Assembly: GCA_002269645.1 (NCBI GenBank)
Contig: NIVC01000283.1
Coordinates: forward strand, 620,001-684,000
Origin: Macrostomum lignano
Lineage: Eukaryota
Direction of reading: 5' to 3'
DNA: 64,000 bases
Position numbers and translations under genes: made by a program
Notes under the pieces: model-generated
Seen by the model: the letters and a program-made list of their open reading frames with translations, nothing else
Databases searched by the model: none
Told to the model about the DNA's origin: nothing
In this document: positions 31,001 through 47,729 of the stretch, in pieces
Position numbering within the stretch: position 1 is the first letter of the stretch
How the letters are laid out: every line of letters starts with the position of its first letter

Positions 31001-32166
31001 GGAAGCCACGGGTCAGGAGGGAGGGAAGCCACGGGTCAGGAGGAGGGAAGCCAGGGGTCAGGAGGGAGGGAAGCCACGGGTCAGGAGGAGGGAAGCCAGG
31101 GGTCAGGAGGGAGGGAAGCCACGGGTCAGGAGGAGGGAAGCCAGGGGTCAGGGGGAGAGAAGCCACGGTCAGGGGAAGGAAGCCAGGGTCAGGGGGAGAG
31201 AAGCCAGGGGTCAGTAAGGAGAAAAGCCAGGGCCAGGCAGAGAGAAGCCAGGGTCAGGGGAGAGAAGCCAGGATCAGGGGAGGGAAGCCAGGGTCAGGGG
31301 GAGAGAAGCCAGGGTCAGAGGAAGGAAGCCAGGGTAAGGGGAGAGAAGCCAGGGTCAGGGGATGGAAGCCAGGGTCAGGGGAGGGAAGACAGGGTCAGGG
31401 GAAGGAAGCCAGGGTCAGGGGGAGAAGCCAGAGTCAGGGGAGAGAAGCCAGGGTCAAGGGAGGGAAGCCAGGGTCAAGGGAGGGAAGCCAGGGTCAGGGG
31501 AGAGAAGCCAGGGTCAGGGGAGGGAAGCCAGGGTCAGGGGGAGAGAAGCCAGGGTCAGAGGAAGGAAGCCAGGGTAAGGGGAGAGAAGCTAGGTTTAGAG
31601 GGAGGAAATCCAAGGTTAGGGGAGAGGGGAACTAAGGAAAGGAAAATAAGTCAAACATCAGGTATTTGATATAAAATATTGTAGGCTTAGTTTTATAGTT
31701 TGTTATTTAGTCAAAGGCCTATTGGTATACATAAAGATTAAAGTAGATAGATAAAAAAACAAAATTTTAAGGCTCTTATCTAGTAAGTTAGCTAAATCTA
31801 TTCATTAAGGCCAAGTCAATAAGCTAGGCCTAGGCTTAGTGCTCAATAGGCTTTCGTACACATAGGGCTATAGCTAAATAATAGAATTTAATTGAATTGA
31901 AGCCTTTTTATAATTGAATAAAAGCAGCTTATAAGTTACTTCTCATAATATTAGACCTACATTTATATTTCAAATGCCTGTATTATTAATTAACTGACAC
32001 GTGACAGGCTTTAAAACTATAGAAAAAAATTACTCAAGCAATCACATAATAATGTACAAGAAATTTAAGAAAAGCTCCTTTCATTTATCTTGTACACGAA
32101 GCCTTCACTTGTTCAGTCTAGTGCATAGGCCAGCACAGCAATGCACAGTAGCACAACAAATATGCC
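28087..32166 (+). repeat. Tandem duplication of ~2 kb (28087-30184 and 30190-32166)
   Basis: Both copies run from gcaatttaatatatgaagctcc to cacaacaaatatgcc and differ by a few indels. Confidence 0.93.
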
Positions 32167-32456
32167 TTAAAAGCTTTTGTTGAACGTTGAACACAGGAAC
32201 CTTAGCTCATTCCTGTAAATTTTGTTTTCAAATTACATGCAAGCGAATTAATATTAACAAACGTCGATTTTTCTACTGCAAATTGTTATTAAACACCCGT
32301 GAAAGCTTTCAATTGATACACTCCCATTTGATTGTATGGGAGCGCGCTTTGGGCCCGTCTAGCCGGGAAAAGCGAGAGCTCGAGAGCGCGCTTTCCTGCC
32401 GGTTAGCCCGATGATTTTGTAAGCTTTTGGCCCGGCTAGCCGGTTGTCGTCGGGTG
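31784..32456. repeat. Inverted copy of 14835-15507
   Basis: Near-identical reverse complement; identical small ORFs appear in the track (15108-15290 vs 32001-32183, 14877-15104 vs 32187-32414). Confidence 0.95.
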
Positions 32457-33046
32457 TTCCAGTTCAACCCTCAGGCCTCAGCGTGAGAGCGATACCCCTC
32501 GGCCCTCCCCTCTCCGCCAGTGTTAATCAGAGTATTGAGGAAGGTTCTCCTAGGTTCTTTGGCCCAACAAATTACAGATACTCACACTCAGACATACGAG
32601 GTATATCTCAACTACATTAAAAAGTCTCAACTTTTGAGAGTACACAGTAAATTCTACCTCACAGTATAATTGACTTTTAAGTGACGCAACTTGCGAAGAT
32701 TGAATGGATTGAAGCTTCTGCCCGGTTTTCATTGCTTTTTTCAAGCTTTTAATATCAAAATATTTTGCCAATGGCCAGATGATAGATAGACGCTGGTCGA
32801 AAAACAACTGCTCACTGTACAGTGGACACTAGGGCAAAGGGTGGCGACTTTTCAATGTTGCTGAGTATATACTTTGTAAAGCGGCTTTCTGCTTTCAGTT
32901 TAGTTGCAAAGAATAAGAAGAAAGTTAAGAATAAAGTTGGTTTTGATAGGTTTTGATTTTTGATAAGTTTTTAGAAGCCCAAGCTTGCAGGCGTAAACAA
33001 CTTGCAACTAGGCTCATTCACACTGCAACCAAATGAGAGACCAAAT

Positions 33047-33105
33047 TAGGGATTGCAATCCCGGGATCCCGAAATCCCGGGATTTGGGGTCTCGAATCCC
33101 GGGAC
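33047..33105 (+). mobile_element. hAT-type left terminus (TAGGGATTGCAATCCCGGGATCCCG...)
   Basis: TAGGGAT start and repeated atcccgggat subterminal motifs. The partner end was not found nearby. Confidence 0.45.
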
Positions 33106-33526
33106 TATTTTTTGTTATTAGTTTTACATAAAGTGTTGTAATATGAACATATTTGGGCCCACAAGTTTATTATACTGCGCTAATTTCCGACTAATTGCCT
33201 CACGTCGCGTGGCGCCTTTTTAAACCCCGCATCACAGATTTAATGTGAAATTTATTCCAATATAAATTTTGATATGTTTTTTGCTTCTTGACTACTATTA
33301 TTCTATTACTACTAATTAGTTCTTTTGTAATACTTACTTAAATACATCACAAGATAATGCTGTTTTTCATCTACAAAGTCATATCATATCAATAAGAGCG
33401 CTGGCCTTTGTACTTTGATACAGACTGTACACTAGCTGGTATTGAATTCAAAGGCCAAAGCACAAAATAGTTTTCTCAAATCTGCTGAAAGAAATATATG
33501 TACGATTTATGCTCAGGCAGATACAT

Positions 33527-33692
33527 GCGCAACCTTGGGAATCACTCGGCCGTTTCTATTGGCAACACACACATGTACATGTAAGTCGGTATTGGCTGAG
33601 AGCAGCAAGTCACGTGACTACTATTCCATCCAATAGCGACTTCTATGTCTGTGTTGCCAATAGAAACGGCCGGGTGAATCCCTAGGTTGCGC
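33527..33692. mobile_element. Small foldback/MITE with ~42-bp imperfect inverted repeats
   Basis: gcgcaaccttgggaatcactcggccgtttctattggcaacac versus gtgttgccaatagaaacggccgggtgaatccctaggttgcgc. Confidence 0.7.
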
Positions 33693-34554
33693 CCAAGCAT
33701 GCTCAGGCTGAAGATAATGTACATTATGTGCGCACAAGTATTGCTCGCGCAACTAATTGGAAAACTTCATCACCCTCTTATACATGTAAACCCCAGTCCA
33801 GTCATTCTCCTCACTATCAGATCAGTCAGTTGATACTTGCCATCACTCGCAAAAAATCAGTTGATGACGTGAAAAACTGAGGTGATTGTCAAAAATTCGT
33901 TAATAATCAGCTGTAATTTTGACTTTGTGTGATCACTCGAAAATTGGCCTCATTTGATGGCGGTGTGAACAAGCCTCAATTGTTTCAGCAATAATGTACA
34001 TTGGCCAGTCCACTGAAATGTACATATATTGCAGCTTTAGGCTGGAATTTAGACAGAGAAAGGCAATAAAATTGGGGCGGGTCATGAGAGGTACGCCGGT
34101 TGCGGGGTTGAAGCTAGGGTAAGAGCCAATAAATGAGCCTTGGCTTTAAAAACACATTAACAAGCTTAATTCTGTTTAACTTACTACTAACCTGAAAGTA
34201 GCTTACACGCAAATGTGTTGAGTGGCCTATCTTGTCATTGTAGAATCTAGGATATGTGGGCCCAACTAGACAGGACTATTTCATCTCATCAATGCATGCT
34301 TTCTTTACAATTGTAACAATGAATTTGCATGGGGATATCGTCTTAAATATAAAATTTAATAATGAATAAAGAGAAAAAACTGGGACACTATGCAATCTGC
34401 TAGGGCGCTTTCACGTACATGTAGCCTTAATTTCACTTTGGCCAAAAATTTTCAGCATCCATGCACCTTATCGACTATTCGAGTCATCAATTAGAATAAA
34501 ATCATAAATGCTTCTCATGATAGCTTAGTTGTAGGGGCGTGGCGTCGCCACCAA

Positions 34555-34845
34555 AAAAATGAGTGCCTGCGGCGCTAAAATGAGTGCTTGCGGCGCCAAA
34601 ATGAGTGCCTGCGGCGCTAAAATGAGTGCCTGCGGCGCCAAAATGAGTGCCTGCGGCGCCAAATTGAGTGCCTGCGGCGCCAAAATGAGTGCCTGCGGCG
34701 CCAAATTGAGTGCCTGCGGTGCTAAAATGAGTGCCTGCGGCGCCAAAATGAGTGCCTGCGGCGCCAAATTGAGTGCCTGCGGTGCTAAAATGAGTGCCTG
34801 CGGCGCCAAATGAGTGCCTGTGGCGCCACAATGAGTGCCTGCAAC
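34555..34845. repeat. 21-bp minisatellite (aaaatgagtgcctgcggcgcc)n
   Basis: 7-aa periodicity KMSACGA. Confidence 0.95.
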
Positions 34846-35164
34846 ACCGATTCTCAAAATTATGTACATGTAGAAATTTAGCCATGTAGAATGTCTTGGT
34901 TTGGTTCCCCAACCATAAAATCCATGGGTATAAAGCTTTTGATGCTGCAGTGTATTTTAACTAGCTTGTATAATCATATTTCTATCGAACTATTACTAAT
35001 TAGTAGCGACCAATACGGAAAGATTGGAACAGCTTCTTTGCGTAGCAAATAGCCTGTAATAATTTCCTTCAGTTCTCTCACCTGCTTTAGTCCCAAAAGT
35101 CACACCAGTTCTTTCCTCTCTCGACCCCCCTTCCGCTCCCCCTGCCCAAGGACTACTAAAGTAG

Positions 35165-35462
35165 AATGACGCGACACTCGAAATCTATGGAAAATGTTTT
35201 GAAGGCCATTTTTCGCCGAAAAATACACTACGGAGATAGGAAGTTATCATTTTATCAGCACAAAAATTGTTATTGCTTTCGATAGAAGACAGATCCAATG
35301 TTTATCTTTTGATTTTTGATATGCTGTGCCTTTATTATTGCTCTATTGATATTGCTGAAGTTGTGCCATGCATTTGAATGATTTTTAGGTACAGGAAATG
35401 TACGTAGAATCAAAAGTGGCCTTCAAAACTTTTTCCAAGAAACGTGAATGTCGCGTCCTGTA
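35165..35462. mobile_element. MITE with ~45-bp imperfect TIRs
   Basis: gacgcgacactc...tggaaaatgttttgaaggccattttt versus the reverse complement of aaaagtggccttcaaaactttttcca...tgtcgcgtc. The right end reads cctgtata (Tc1/mariner-like). Confidence 0.55.
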
Positions 35463-36149
35463 TACCGGTATACACGCTGCTTTAGTTGTCCTTGCCTCTG
35501 TTCTCTTTGCCTTCCCTGTCCTCGCTTGCTTTAACTTTTGAACCCCTATAAAATAGGGATGCATGGACAGGGCCTGTCAGCCACGAGCCAAATATTCATC
35601 ATTTGAAGAAACCGACCGAAGTACAGATAGAATCTCCTACGCTACCCGATTGAACATCCATCTGCATCCAACTCGACTATCTTTTTAACAAATCCGCTTA
35701 ACGGAGACACTTCTAAACCCTTGAGTCTGTCAGTCAAAGCTGGTGGGACAGAAAGCTGAGCAAACACTGCAGATGCTGCAGATGTTGCTTTTTACCAGCT
35801 TCGGCTGATTAGAGCAAAGTTTCTGAGCAAATACTCTAAACAGGCGCTTTCCCATAGAATTGCGTGTAATGTTATGCAAGTTCAATTTGCATTTGTTTCA
35901 GCAATCGCCAACTCGTTCAAATAAAATCTAGTGGGTTCGTCTTGGTGAAATATAGATGCACTTTTTGAGTTCGAAGTACTCACGTTTGCGCGAACTGTAT
36001 GGAAAAATTTGTAAAGAAATTTTGTTTGAAATTATTCTATTGAGACCTCTCTATTTCCGAGTAACTTCAGTTTATGATTGGTAGTATGACAATAATATTA
36101 TGACTCAGCTTTTTTATTATGACCAGTCTGATTTCGTCTATGAACTAAA

Positions 36150-37010
36150 TCTTGTCTATAACCCAACCTGTCTATAACCCAACCTGTCTATAACCCAACC
36201 TGTCTATAACCCAACCTGTCTATAACCCAACCTGTCTATGACCCAACCTGTCTATAATTCAACCTGTCTATAACCCAACCTGTCTATGACCCAACCTGTC
36301 TATAACCCAACCTGTCTATAACCCAACCTGTCTATAACCCAACCTGTCTATGACCCAATCTGTCTATGACCCAACCTGTCTATAACTCAACCTGTCTATA
36401 ACCCAACCTGTCTATGACCCAACCTGTCTATGACCCAACCTGTCTATAACCCAACCTGTCTATGACCCAACCTGTCTATAATTCAACCTGTCTATAACCC
36501 AACCTGTCTATGACCCAACCTGTCTATGACCCAACCTGTCTATAACCCAACCTGTCTATGACCCAACCTGTCTATAACCCAACCAGTCTATAACCCAACC
36601 TGTCTGTGACCAAAATATCTGACTATGACCCAACCTGTCTATGACCCAACCTGTCTATGACCCAACCTGTCTATAACCCAACCAGTCTATAACCCAACCT
36701 GTCTGTGACCAAAATATCTGACTATGACCCAACCTGTCTATGACCCAACCTGTCTATGACCCATCCTGTCTATGACCCAGCCTGTCTATGACCCAACCTG
36801 TCTATAACCCAACCTGTCTATGACCCAACCTGTCTATGACCCAGTCTGTCTGTGAGCCTGCAACCTGTCTGTGTGACTCAAGCTGCCTATAACCCAACCT
36901 GTCTGTGACCCAGTCTGTCTATGACGCATTGACCCAACTTGACTACGACCCAAATTGTCTATGACCAAATTATCTGTCTCTGACCATACCTGTCTATGAC
37001 CCAACCTGTC
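36150..37010. repeat. 16-bp minisatellite (ctgtctataacccaac)n
   Basis: Period 16 (36181 to 36197). Confidence 0.95.
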
Positions 37011-37102
37011 AAGAGATAGGATCCACAGAAATTTCTCTAGGCCTCACAGCAGTTGTTATCCTCCAATTTTTTACTGCAGGCATTATATGCTACAATATAT
37101 TC

Positions 37103-39001
37103 TCAGAGCGGCTGTCTGTCTCGGTCCTGTTTCCTGCAGCAGAAGGTCGCGGCATTCTTCATCATTCTCAGCAGCTGCAGTCGCATGGAGCCGTTGAAAG
37201 CTATCGCCAAGCAGGGGATCACAGCGCAGTTGCAGAAGAAAGCGTAGAAGCTGACCCAGTCCACCCTGGCCAAGCCGCTGCTGTGCACAGCCAGGGGCAG
37301 GATGCTGACAAAGTGCAGCAGATTTCCCAGGATCAAAGCAGCCAGAGGTTTGCCCAGCTGTTGCTGGGGCGTCGCCGGCTTCTGCGGTTGAACCGCCACA
37401 ATGCGTCGGTTTTGTTTCCATCGCAACTTCAGCAGCAGGCAGGCAGTGGCGAAATATGCTGCCAAAGAGAGCACGTAGAAGCAGATCATAACGCCGGACT
37501 TTGCTAGCAAACTATTCGAAGCGACTCGAACCAGCAGATGGCACACGGTGCCGTCATCGTTGGCCTCATCGGCCGCCGCTACGGAGGTTAATAGCCAGAC
37601 TTGTAGGATCGCTTCAATTGTTGCCATGGAGACGAAGCCAATTAGAATTATGAGCCCCACTAGGCGAGTGGACCAAATCGAGTTGAGAGGCTTGGCGATG
37701 GCCAAGACACGATCCAGAGCGAGCAGGCTGTAGACGAACACCTCGCAGCCGATGGACACATCCCGGATGCTGAGAATTAGCTTGCGGGTGGTGACGCCTC
37801 TGAGGTGGAAAGAGGCAAAGTTCGGGGTGTGACTATTATGTCTCCTGCGATTCTCAGAATCACACCTGCGATTGTTAGGATCTCACCTGCGATTCTCAAA
37901 ATCTTAGCTGTGATTCTCAGACTCTCACCTACGATTCTAAGACTCTCACCTGTGATTCTAAGATTCTCACCTGTGATTCTCAGAATCTCACCTGCGATTC
38001 TCAAAATCTCTGTTGTGATTCTCAGACTCTCACCTGCGATTCTCACGGACTCTCACCTGTGATTCTCACGGACTCTCACCTGCGATTTTTTGACTCTCAC
38101 CTGCGGTTTTCAGACTCTCACCTGCGATTCTCTGACTCTCACCTGCGATTCTCTGACTCTCACCTGCGATTCTCTGACTCTCACCTGCGATACTTAGAAT
38201 ATCATTCGTACTATTTCTACTCCCAATCTCTGCTGTGATTCATAGTGAGTGAGAGCTGATAAATCTCATCAGTGATAGAGGAGATTCCCCAATCTGACTT
38301 GGGAAGAAGGGATTCCCCAATCTCATCTGTGATAGAAGGGATTCCCCAATCTCACCTGTGATAGAAGGGATTCCCAAATCTCACCAGTGACAGAAAGACG
38401 GGATTCCCCAATCTCACCTGTGACAGATAGAGGGAATTCTCCAATCTCACCTGTGACAGATAGAGGGAATTCCCCAATCTCACCTGTGACAGATAGAGGG
38501 AATTCCCCAATCTCACCTGTGACAGATAGAGGGAATTCCCCAATCTCACCTGTGACAGATAGAGGGAATTCCCCAATCTCACCTGTGACAGATAGAGGGA
38601 ATTCCCCAATCTCACCTGCGATAGAACGGATTCTCGTCCTCGCTATTCCACGCCTGGCTGATCAGCATCTGCTGCTGATGAGGCGCAGTCCGGTTCCAGA
38701 ATCCCACCCCCATCCGGAACAGCAGCGCGATAAGGTCAGCGGCCAGCAGCAGCTCACAGGCGGACAGAGTCTGCGTCAACAGTCGATAAGTTCGCCGCTG
38801 AATCACCTCCGGGCGTCGGCGGGTGACAGCGAGAATCGCCGAGTTGCCGACGATGGCCACCAGCGAGACGGCGGCGTAGAAGGCGAAGAACAGCTCCGGG
38901 CGGCTCAAGGTCCAGTCGTAGTGCGGCTCCAGCTCCGGGCAGGTCTGCAGCCACGGACTGCTGCTATTGATGGAGCTGGAGTTCGGGCTGGAGTCATTCA
39001 T
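37103..39001 (-). CDS. Orphan class A (rhodopsin-like) 7TM GPCR, 2 exons (39001-38616, 37799-37103), ~360 aa
   Basis: N-glycosylation sequons in the N-terminus, TM1 AIVGN, LALDRVLAIAKP (DRY-like) and seven hydrophobic segments. The junction cgcag|gtgag...cctcag|aggc is in frame (386+697=1083 nt). An alternative ATG lies at 39070. Confidence 0.85.
37810..38200. repeat. 21-bp intronic minisatellite (ctcacctgcgattctctgact)n
   Basis: Period 21 (38116, 38137, 38158, 38179). Confidence 0.93.
38290..38615. repeat. 33-bp intronic minisatellite (ctcacctgtgacagatagagggaattccccaat)n
   Basis: Period 33; abuts the GPCR donor site. Confidence 0.95.
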
Positions 39002-39074
39002 CCCCAAGATGCTGCGGCGGTGTGGGACAATCAATATACTTTCATTACAGCTGGACACCCTGAGCCTCATTGAC

Positions 39075-39500
39075 TCCTCTGACCCCCTGACCCCCCTGAC
39101 TCCCCTGACTCCCCTGACCACCCTGACTCCCCTGACCACCCTGACTCCCCTGACCACCCTGACTCCCCTGACCACCCTGACTCCCCTGACCACCCTGACT
39201 CCCCTGACCACCCTGACTCCCCTGACCACCCTGACTCCCCTGACCACCCTGACTCCCCTGACTTCCCTTATTCCCTGACTCCCCTGACTCCCCTGACTCC
39301 CTTCACTCCCCTGACTCCGCTGACCCGGACTCCCCTGATTCCCTGACTCCCTGACTCCCCTGATTCCCTGACCCCCTTGACTCCGCTGACCCCGCTGACT
39401 CCTTTGAATTCCTGACCCCACTGACTCTTTTCACTCCCCTAACTGCTTTGACTACTCTGACTCCCCAGACCCGCCTGACTCTCCTGACTCCCCTGAGCCA
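39075..39500. repeat. 9/18-bp minisatellite (ctgactcccctgaccacc)n
   Basis: Direct inspection. Confidence 0.9.
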
Positions 39501-39924
39501 GGGCAGTACCAGATTTTAATCAGACGCAAACTCACCTTGGCTCAAAGCAGGCGGTATACGCTCGTAAAATGGACTCACAGCCCAGCAGAGATTAGCCACC
39601 GCAATAAGTACTACTGCACTTCCCCTTTGCCTTTAAAAATTTATTTTAAATTTTGTCCTGATTGGCTGGCATTCGAAACCAATACCGTGACCCATTTGTA
39701 GCACTGCGTATGCGGGCAGCCATTCTCCTTGGCAACAATGCAACAAGAGCCACAGAAGTCGCTAAATTTGCCCCTTTAAGTTCAAAGTCAGTCGCTTTTT
39801 TTGTATATTTGAAAACTGAGCACCGCAGAAGGAAATCAACACTGTAGAAACAGAACAAAGGAAGAAACTTGTAAGCAAGCACACTGTCTCTGATTTGATT
39901 GATTCCAGTGCAGTGCGAATCGAT

Positions 39925-40505
<581 letters not shown>

Positions 40506-40970
40506 AAGACAGAGCAGGGCATGACAGACCGCAGCAAAGGCATGAATCTAATCAATCTATACACAAGAAACGATCACCTACTGGCCGCACCTCAACAACA
40601 AGAGAAAAAAATCCAGAAGAGAACAGTTACAAAGCAGTAAGCAAATTATTGCAGCAGGCAGGTTTTTTTCTCGGGGGGAGAAAATTTGAGACTGAACAGG
40701 ATCGAGAGCCGCGACAGTAAAACAGTAAAATACAGATTATAACAGCTGTCAAGAGTATTTCTGCCAAACAGTGTCCATTTAAAAATAAAATTTATAAAAC
40801 TACGGCTCAGAAGGAAATAGTTTGCCTAAAGTTGCTACCATACTACTAACTCAAACACGTCAGGAAGTAGTAGCATCAGAGAGAAAATGTTACTTTTATT
40901 TATCATTTTTATAACTGAAACAGAGAATGATCAAAATGTTTTCAAGTGACGAGTCGAGAGTAAGCAGAGC

Positions 40971-44348
<3,378 letters not shown>

Positions 44349-44754
44349 TCCTGAACTGCCTGGGTCTGGGGGCTCGCCGGCAAGTTATTTACTGAGGAGG
44401 GTGAAGAGAATTTCAGGTGAAGAGAATGGCGTGCCGCTCGAGGTGGGGCCCGAATGCGAGAATGGGAACTCTGCTGGGGGGGGGGATTCCAGCTTTGTCT
44501 GGTTGGCTGGCGGGATTGTCTTTGCGGGCATTTTTGCGGCAACCAATGAGGGATCAGCCATAGTCTGGCTTGGGAAATCTCGAGCAGCTTTTGAATTAGT
44601 TTATTGGCGCTCGTGATTAATTCGATTAATTTGATTTATATTGATCCGATTTTAGGTTTGCAGAAGTTAAACGAATTTCTTAGAAAATACGAGCTAATCT
44701 AAGATCATTCCTCTTAGATTAGATTAGGAGAGGATTAGAGGAAGAAGAGGAAAG

Positions 44755-45150
44755 GAGAGGAGAGGAGAGGAGAGGAGAGGAGAGGAGAGGAGAGGAGAGA
44801 GGAGAGGAGAGGAGAGGAGAGGAGAGTAGAGGAGAGGAGAGGAGAGGAGAGGAGAGGAGAGGAGAGGAGAGGAGAGGAGAGGAGAGGAGAGGAGAGGAGA
44901 GGAGAGGAGAGGAGAGGAGAGGAGAGGAGAGGAGAGGAGAGGAGAGGAGAGGAGAGTAGAGGAGAGGAGAGTAGAGGAGAGGAGAGGAGAGGAGAGGAGA
45001 GGAGAGGAGAGGAGAGGAGAGGAGAGGAGAGGAGAGGAGAGGAGAGGAGAGGAGAGGAGAGGAGAGGAGAGGAGAGGAGAGGAGAGGAGAGGAGAGGAGA
45101 GGAGAGGAGTGGAGAGGAGAGGAGAGGAGAGGAGAGGAGAGGAGAGGAAA
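44755..45150. repeat. (GGAGA)n polypurine microsatellite
   Basis: Direct inspection. Confidence 0.98.
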
Positions 45151-46259
45151 GAGAGGAGAGAGCTAAGAAGACATCTGAGAACAGACAAACGTTGAGAGAA
45201 GGTCGGATTGCCAATTGTGAAGTTTCAAGGACCCAAGAGGGCGGATAAAGAGGCTTCGCTGGACGAGTAGCCGACCACTGCAGGCCATGACATGAGGCCC
45301 TTTTTATTGGTCAGTCTGGAGGGTCAGATGACCTCTTTGATGCCCAATCCACAGTATAGCCGGTTTTAGCTGTCCTTTTATTTTCTTTCTTTTAAAAGTA
45401 TCTAAAAGTATGAAGTGAGACTATATAGGCGCATTGAGCATGCTTCATCACTCATTATTGTTTGTTTATCCTCGTCTAAAGAGAAGGAACTGAACCAATT
45501 GAAGCAAGAATGCACAGGTATGGCGGAAGCGAGATTTAGTAAAGTGATTGCAAATAAAACACAGAAGACTACAGAGGATCTATGATAGGATTAAGGAACA
45601 ACATGCTGAGAACAACACATAAGACAAATTTGCTTTGCTAAAAGAAAGCAACTCGCTAGCGTTAATAAATTAACGCATTTTCTTGTGTGTTTAAAAGTTT
45701 ACTATACCCGTTCAAGCTATATATCAGACTTTGGCCCTATCTATACAATAACTGATCAATCAGTTTTCAAACTCGATTTTCGATTGCAAATGGCTACATG
45801 CAGTTCTGCACTGCCTGTCTCATATTTAAGATATTGCTTTCATTTCTTCCTTGCGCAGTTCGATCGTTTTTGTCGTTTGAGACGAAATTGATACTGTGTG
45901 GGGTTCTTTTTACCTGCATTTTGCCGCTCTCTCTCTCTGTCTCTTCGAGCTTTCTGCTTGCTGCTTCTGGCGCAGTTGCGAAAGAGAGTATACAGGGCAA
46001 AAACGGAAAGCCTGCTATTCGTAAAAAAATGAAATTATTCTGCTTCTTTGGAAGACGAAAACAGACTATAAGAGAGATTTTGCTCTTGATTGAGTTGTTC
46101 AGTACTCAGCTTGTGGTGCAGAAAAACCTTGCCTGCTCAGTGCTGCAGATCTGCACTGGAAGGTGGAACTGCAAACGGCCTCCTCTTGCCCTTCATGCTT
46201 AAGGAGACCAGAATCGAAAATTATTTGCTTTTTTCATGCATGCACTTCTTCGTTAACAA

Positions 46260-46950
46260 GATTTCAGTTGGACTAGACTAGATAGATTGGGAATACGAGA
46301 TAGATTAGATCGATTAGGAATAGACTAGATAGATTGGGAATAGACTAGATAAGATTGGGAGTAGACTAGATAGATTGGGAATAGACTAGATAGATTGGGA
46401 ATAGACTAGATAGATTGGGAATAGACTAGATAGATTGGGAATACGAGATAGATTAGATCGATTAGGAATAGACTAGATAGATTGGGAATAGACTAGATAA
46501 GATTGGGAGTAGACTAGATAGATTGGGAATAGACTAGATAGATTGGGAATAGACTAGATAGAGTTGGGGGAAATAGAATAGATGGATTGGGGATAGACTA
46601 GATAGATTGAGGATAGACTAGATAGTTTGGGAATAGACTAGATAGAGTTGGGAATAGACTAGATAGAGTTGGGAATATACTAGATAGAGTTGGGAATATA
46701 CTAGATAGATTGGGAATAGAATAGAGTTGAGATGAACTAGATAGATTGGGGATAAACTACGACCGTAGATAAGATTGGGAATAGACTAAATAGATTTGGT
46801 ATAGACTACAGATTACAGATAGATTGAGAATAGATTAAATAGAATTAGGAATAGAGGATAGAGATAGGGATTAAATTAAATATATTGGGAATATACTATA
46901 GAGATTCGGAACAGATTAGATATATTGGGAATGGACTAGATAGATAGGGA
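46260..46950. repeat. 20-bp minisatellite (tagattgggaatagactaga)n
   Basis: Direct inspection. Confidence 0.9.
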
Positions 46951-47729
46951 ATAGACTAAGTGATACACAAACCCAACATACAGATTGTGCATGCAGGCCG
47001 GGCCTCCGCGGCAAGTGTCTATCTTTGATTGATCCATTACGCGCGTGTCCTGAAGCAGTGGCCCTACAAATAATGGATGGAACATAGACGAAAGCAGACA
47101 GTCGGGCACTCAGAGCATTACAGAATTCAACAGGTGCCCTTGGATTGGTGGTTGGCGGCCACCACCCCCCTGTTTTACTGTTTTTGTTGGCCTTCCATGA
47201 ATCTGTAAGATATCCTGTCTGTTATGGGGTCGCCGATATCCTGTTCCCATCTTTCTTACAGGAGGGGATTGTTAACGGAATGACAGCAGGTGACGCCAGA
47301 CCTGACAGGGCGGCCTTCCCCTCCCACACAATATCCCTGTTGGGGAGATATGTGGCCACGTGCAAGCCACAGTTGTCGGTGGTCTTTGTACCCATAGCTA
47401 ACCAATAAAACGAGACACGACCAACTTGCAGTATTGTTAAGGCAGCCCAAGGACAAGAAGCCAGTGGGGGGGGGTGATATCCCCTGATACCACCCGCTGC
47501 GCCCATGCGGTACACAAAGACGCGGTGTAGATGTGTATATAGGCAATTTACTAAATCTGATATAGTAAAACTCTGCACAAAAAAGCAATGACGATCTGGG
47601 ATTGAATGAAAAGGGCGGCTGTGCATCATAACTCACTGCAGATCTGTGCAGACTGCTTTGCCCCTTGCCGACAAAAGTAGCTGGGGATACCAACAGACTG
47701 GTGGGCATGCAAAACGGGATAATTCATCT

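Noticed and set aside
47040-47720. Possible SINE or RTE 5' UTR remnant
   Set aside because: Only a vague resemblance (ggcgaccccata); no coding motifs, TSD or tail to support it.
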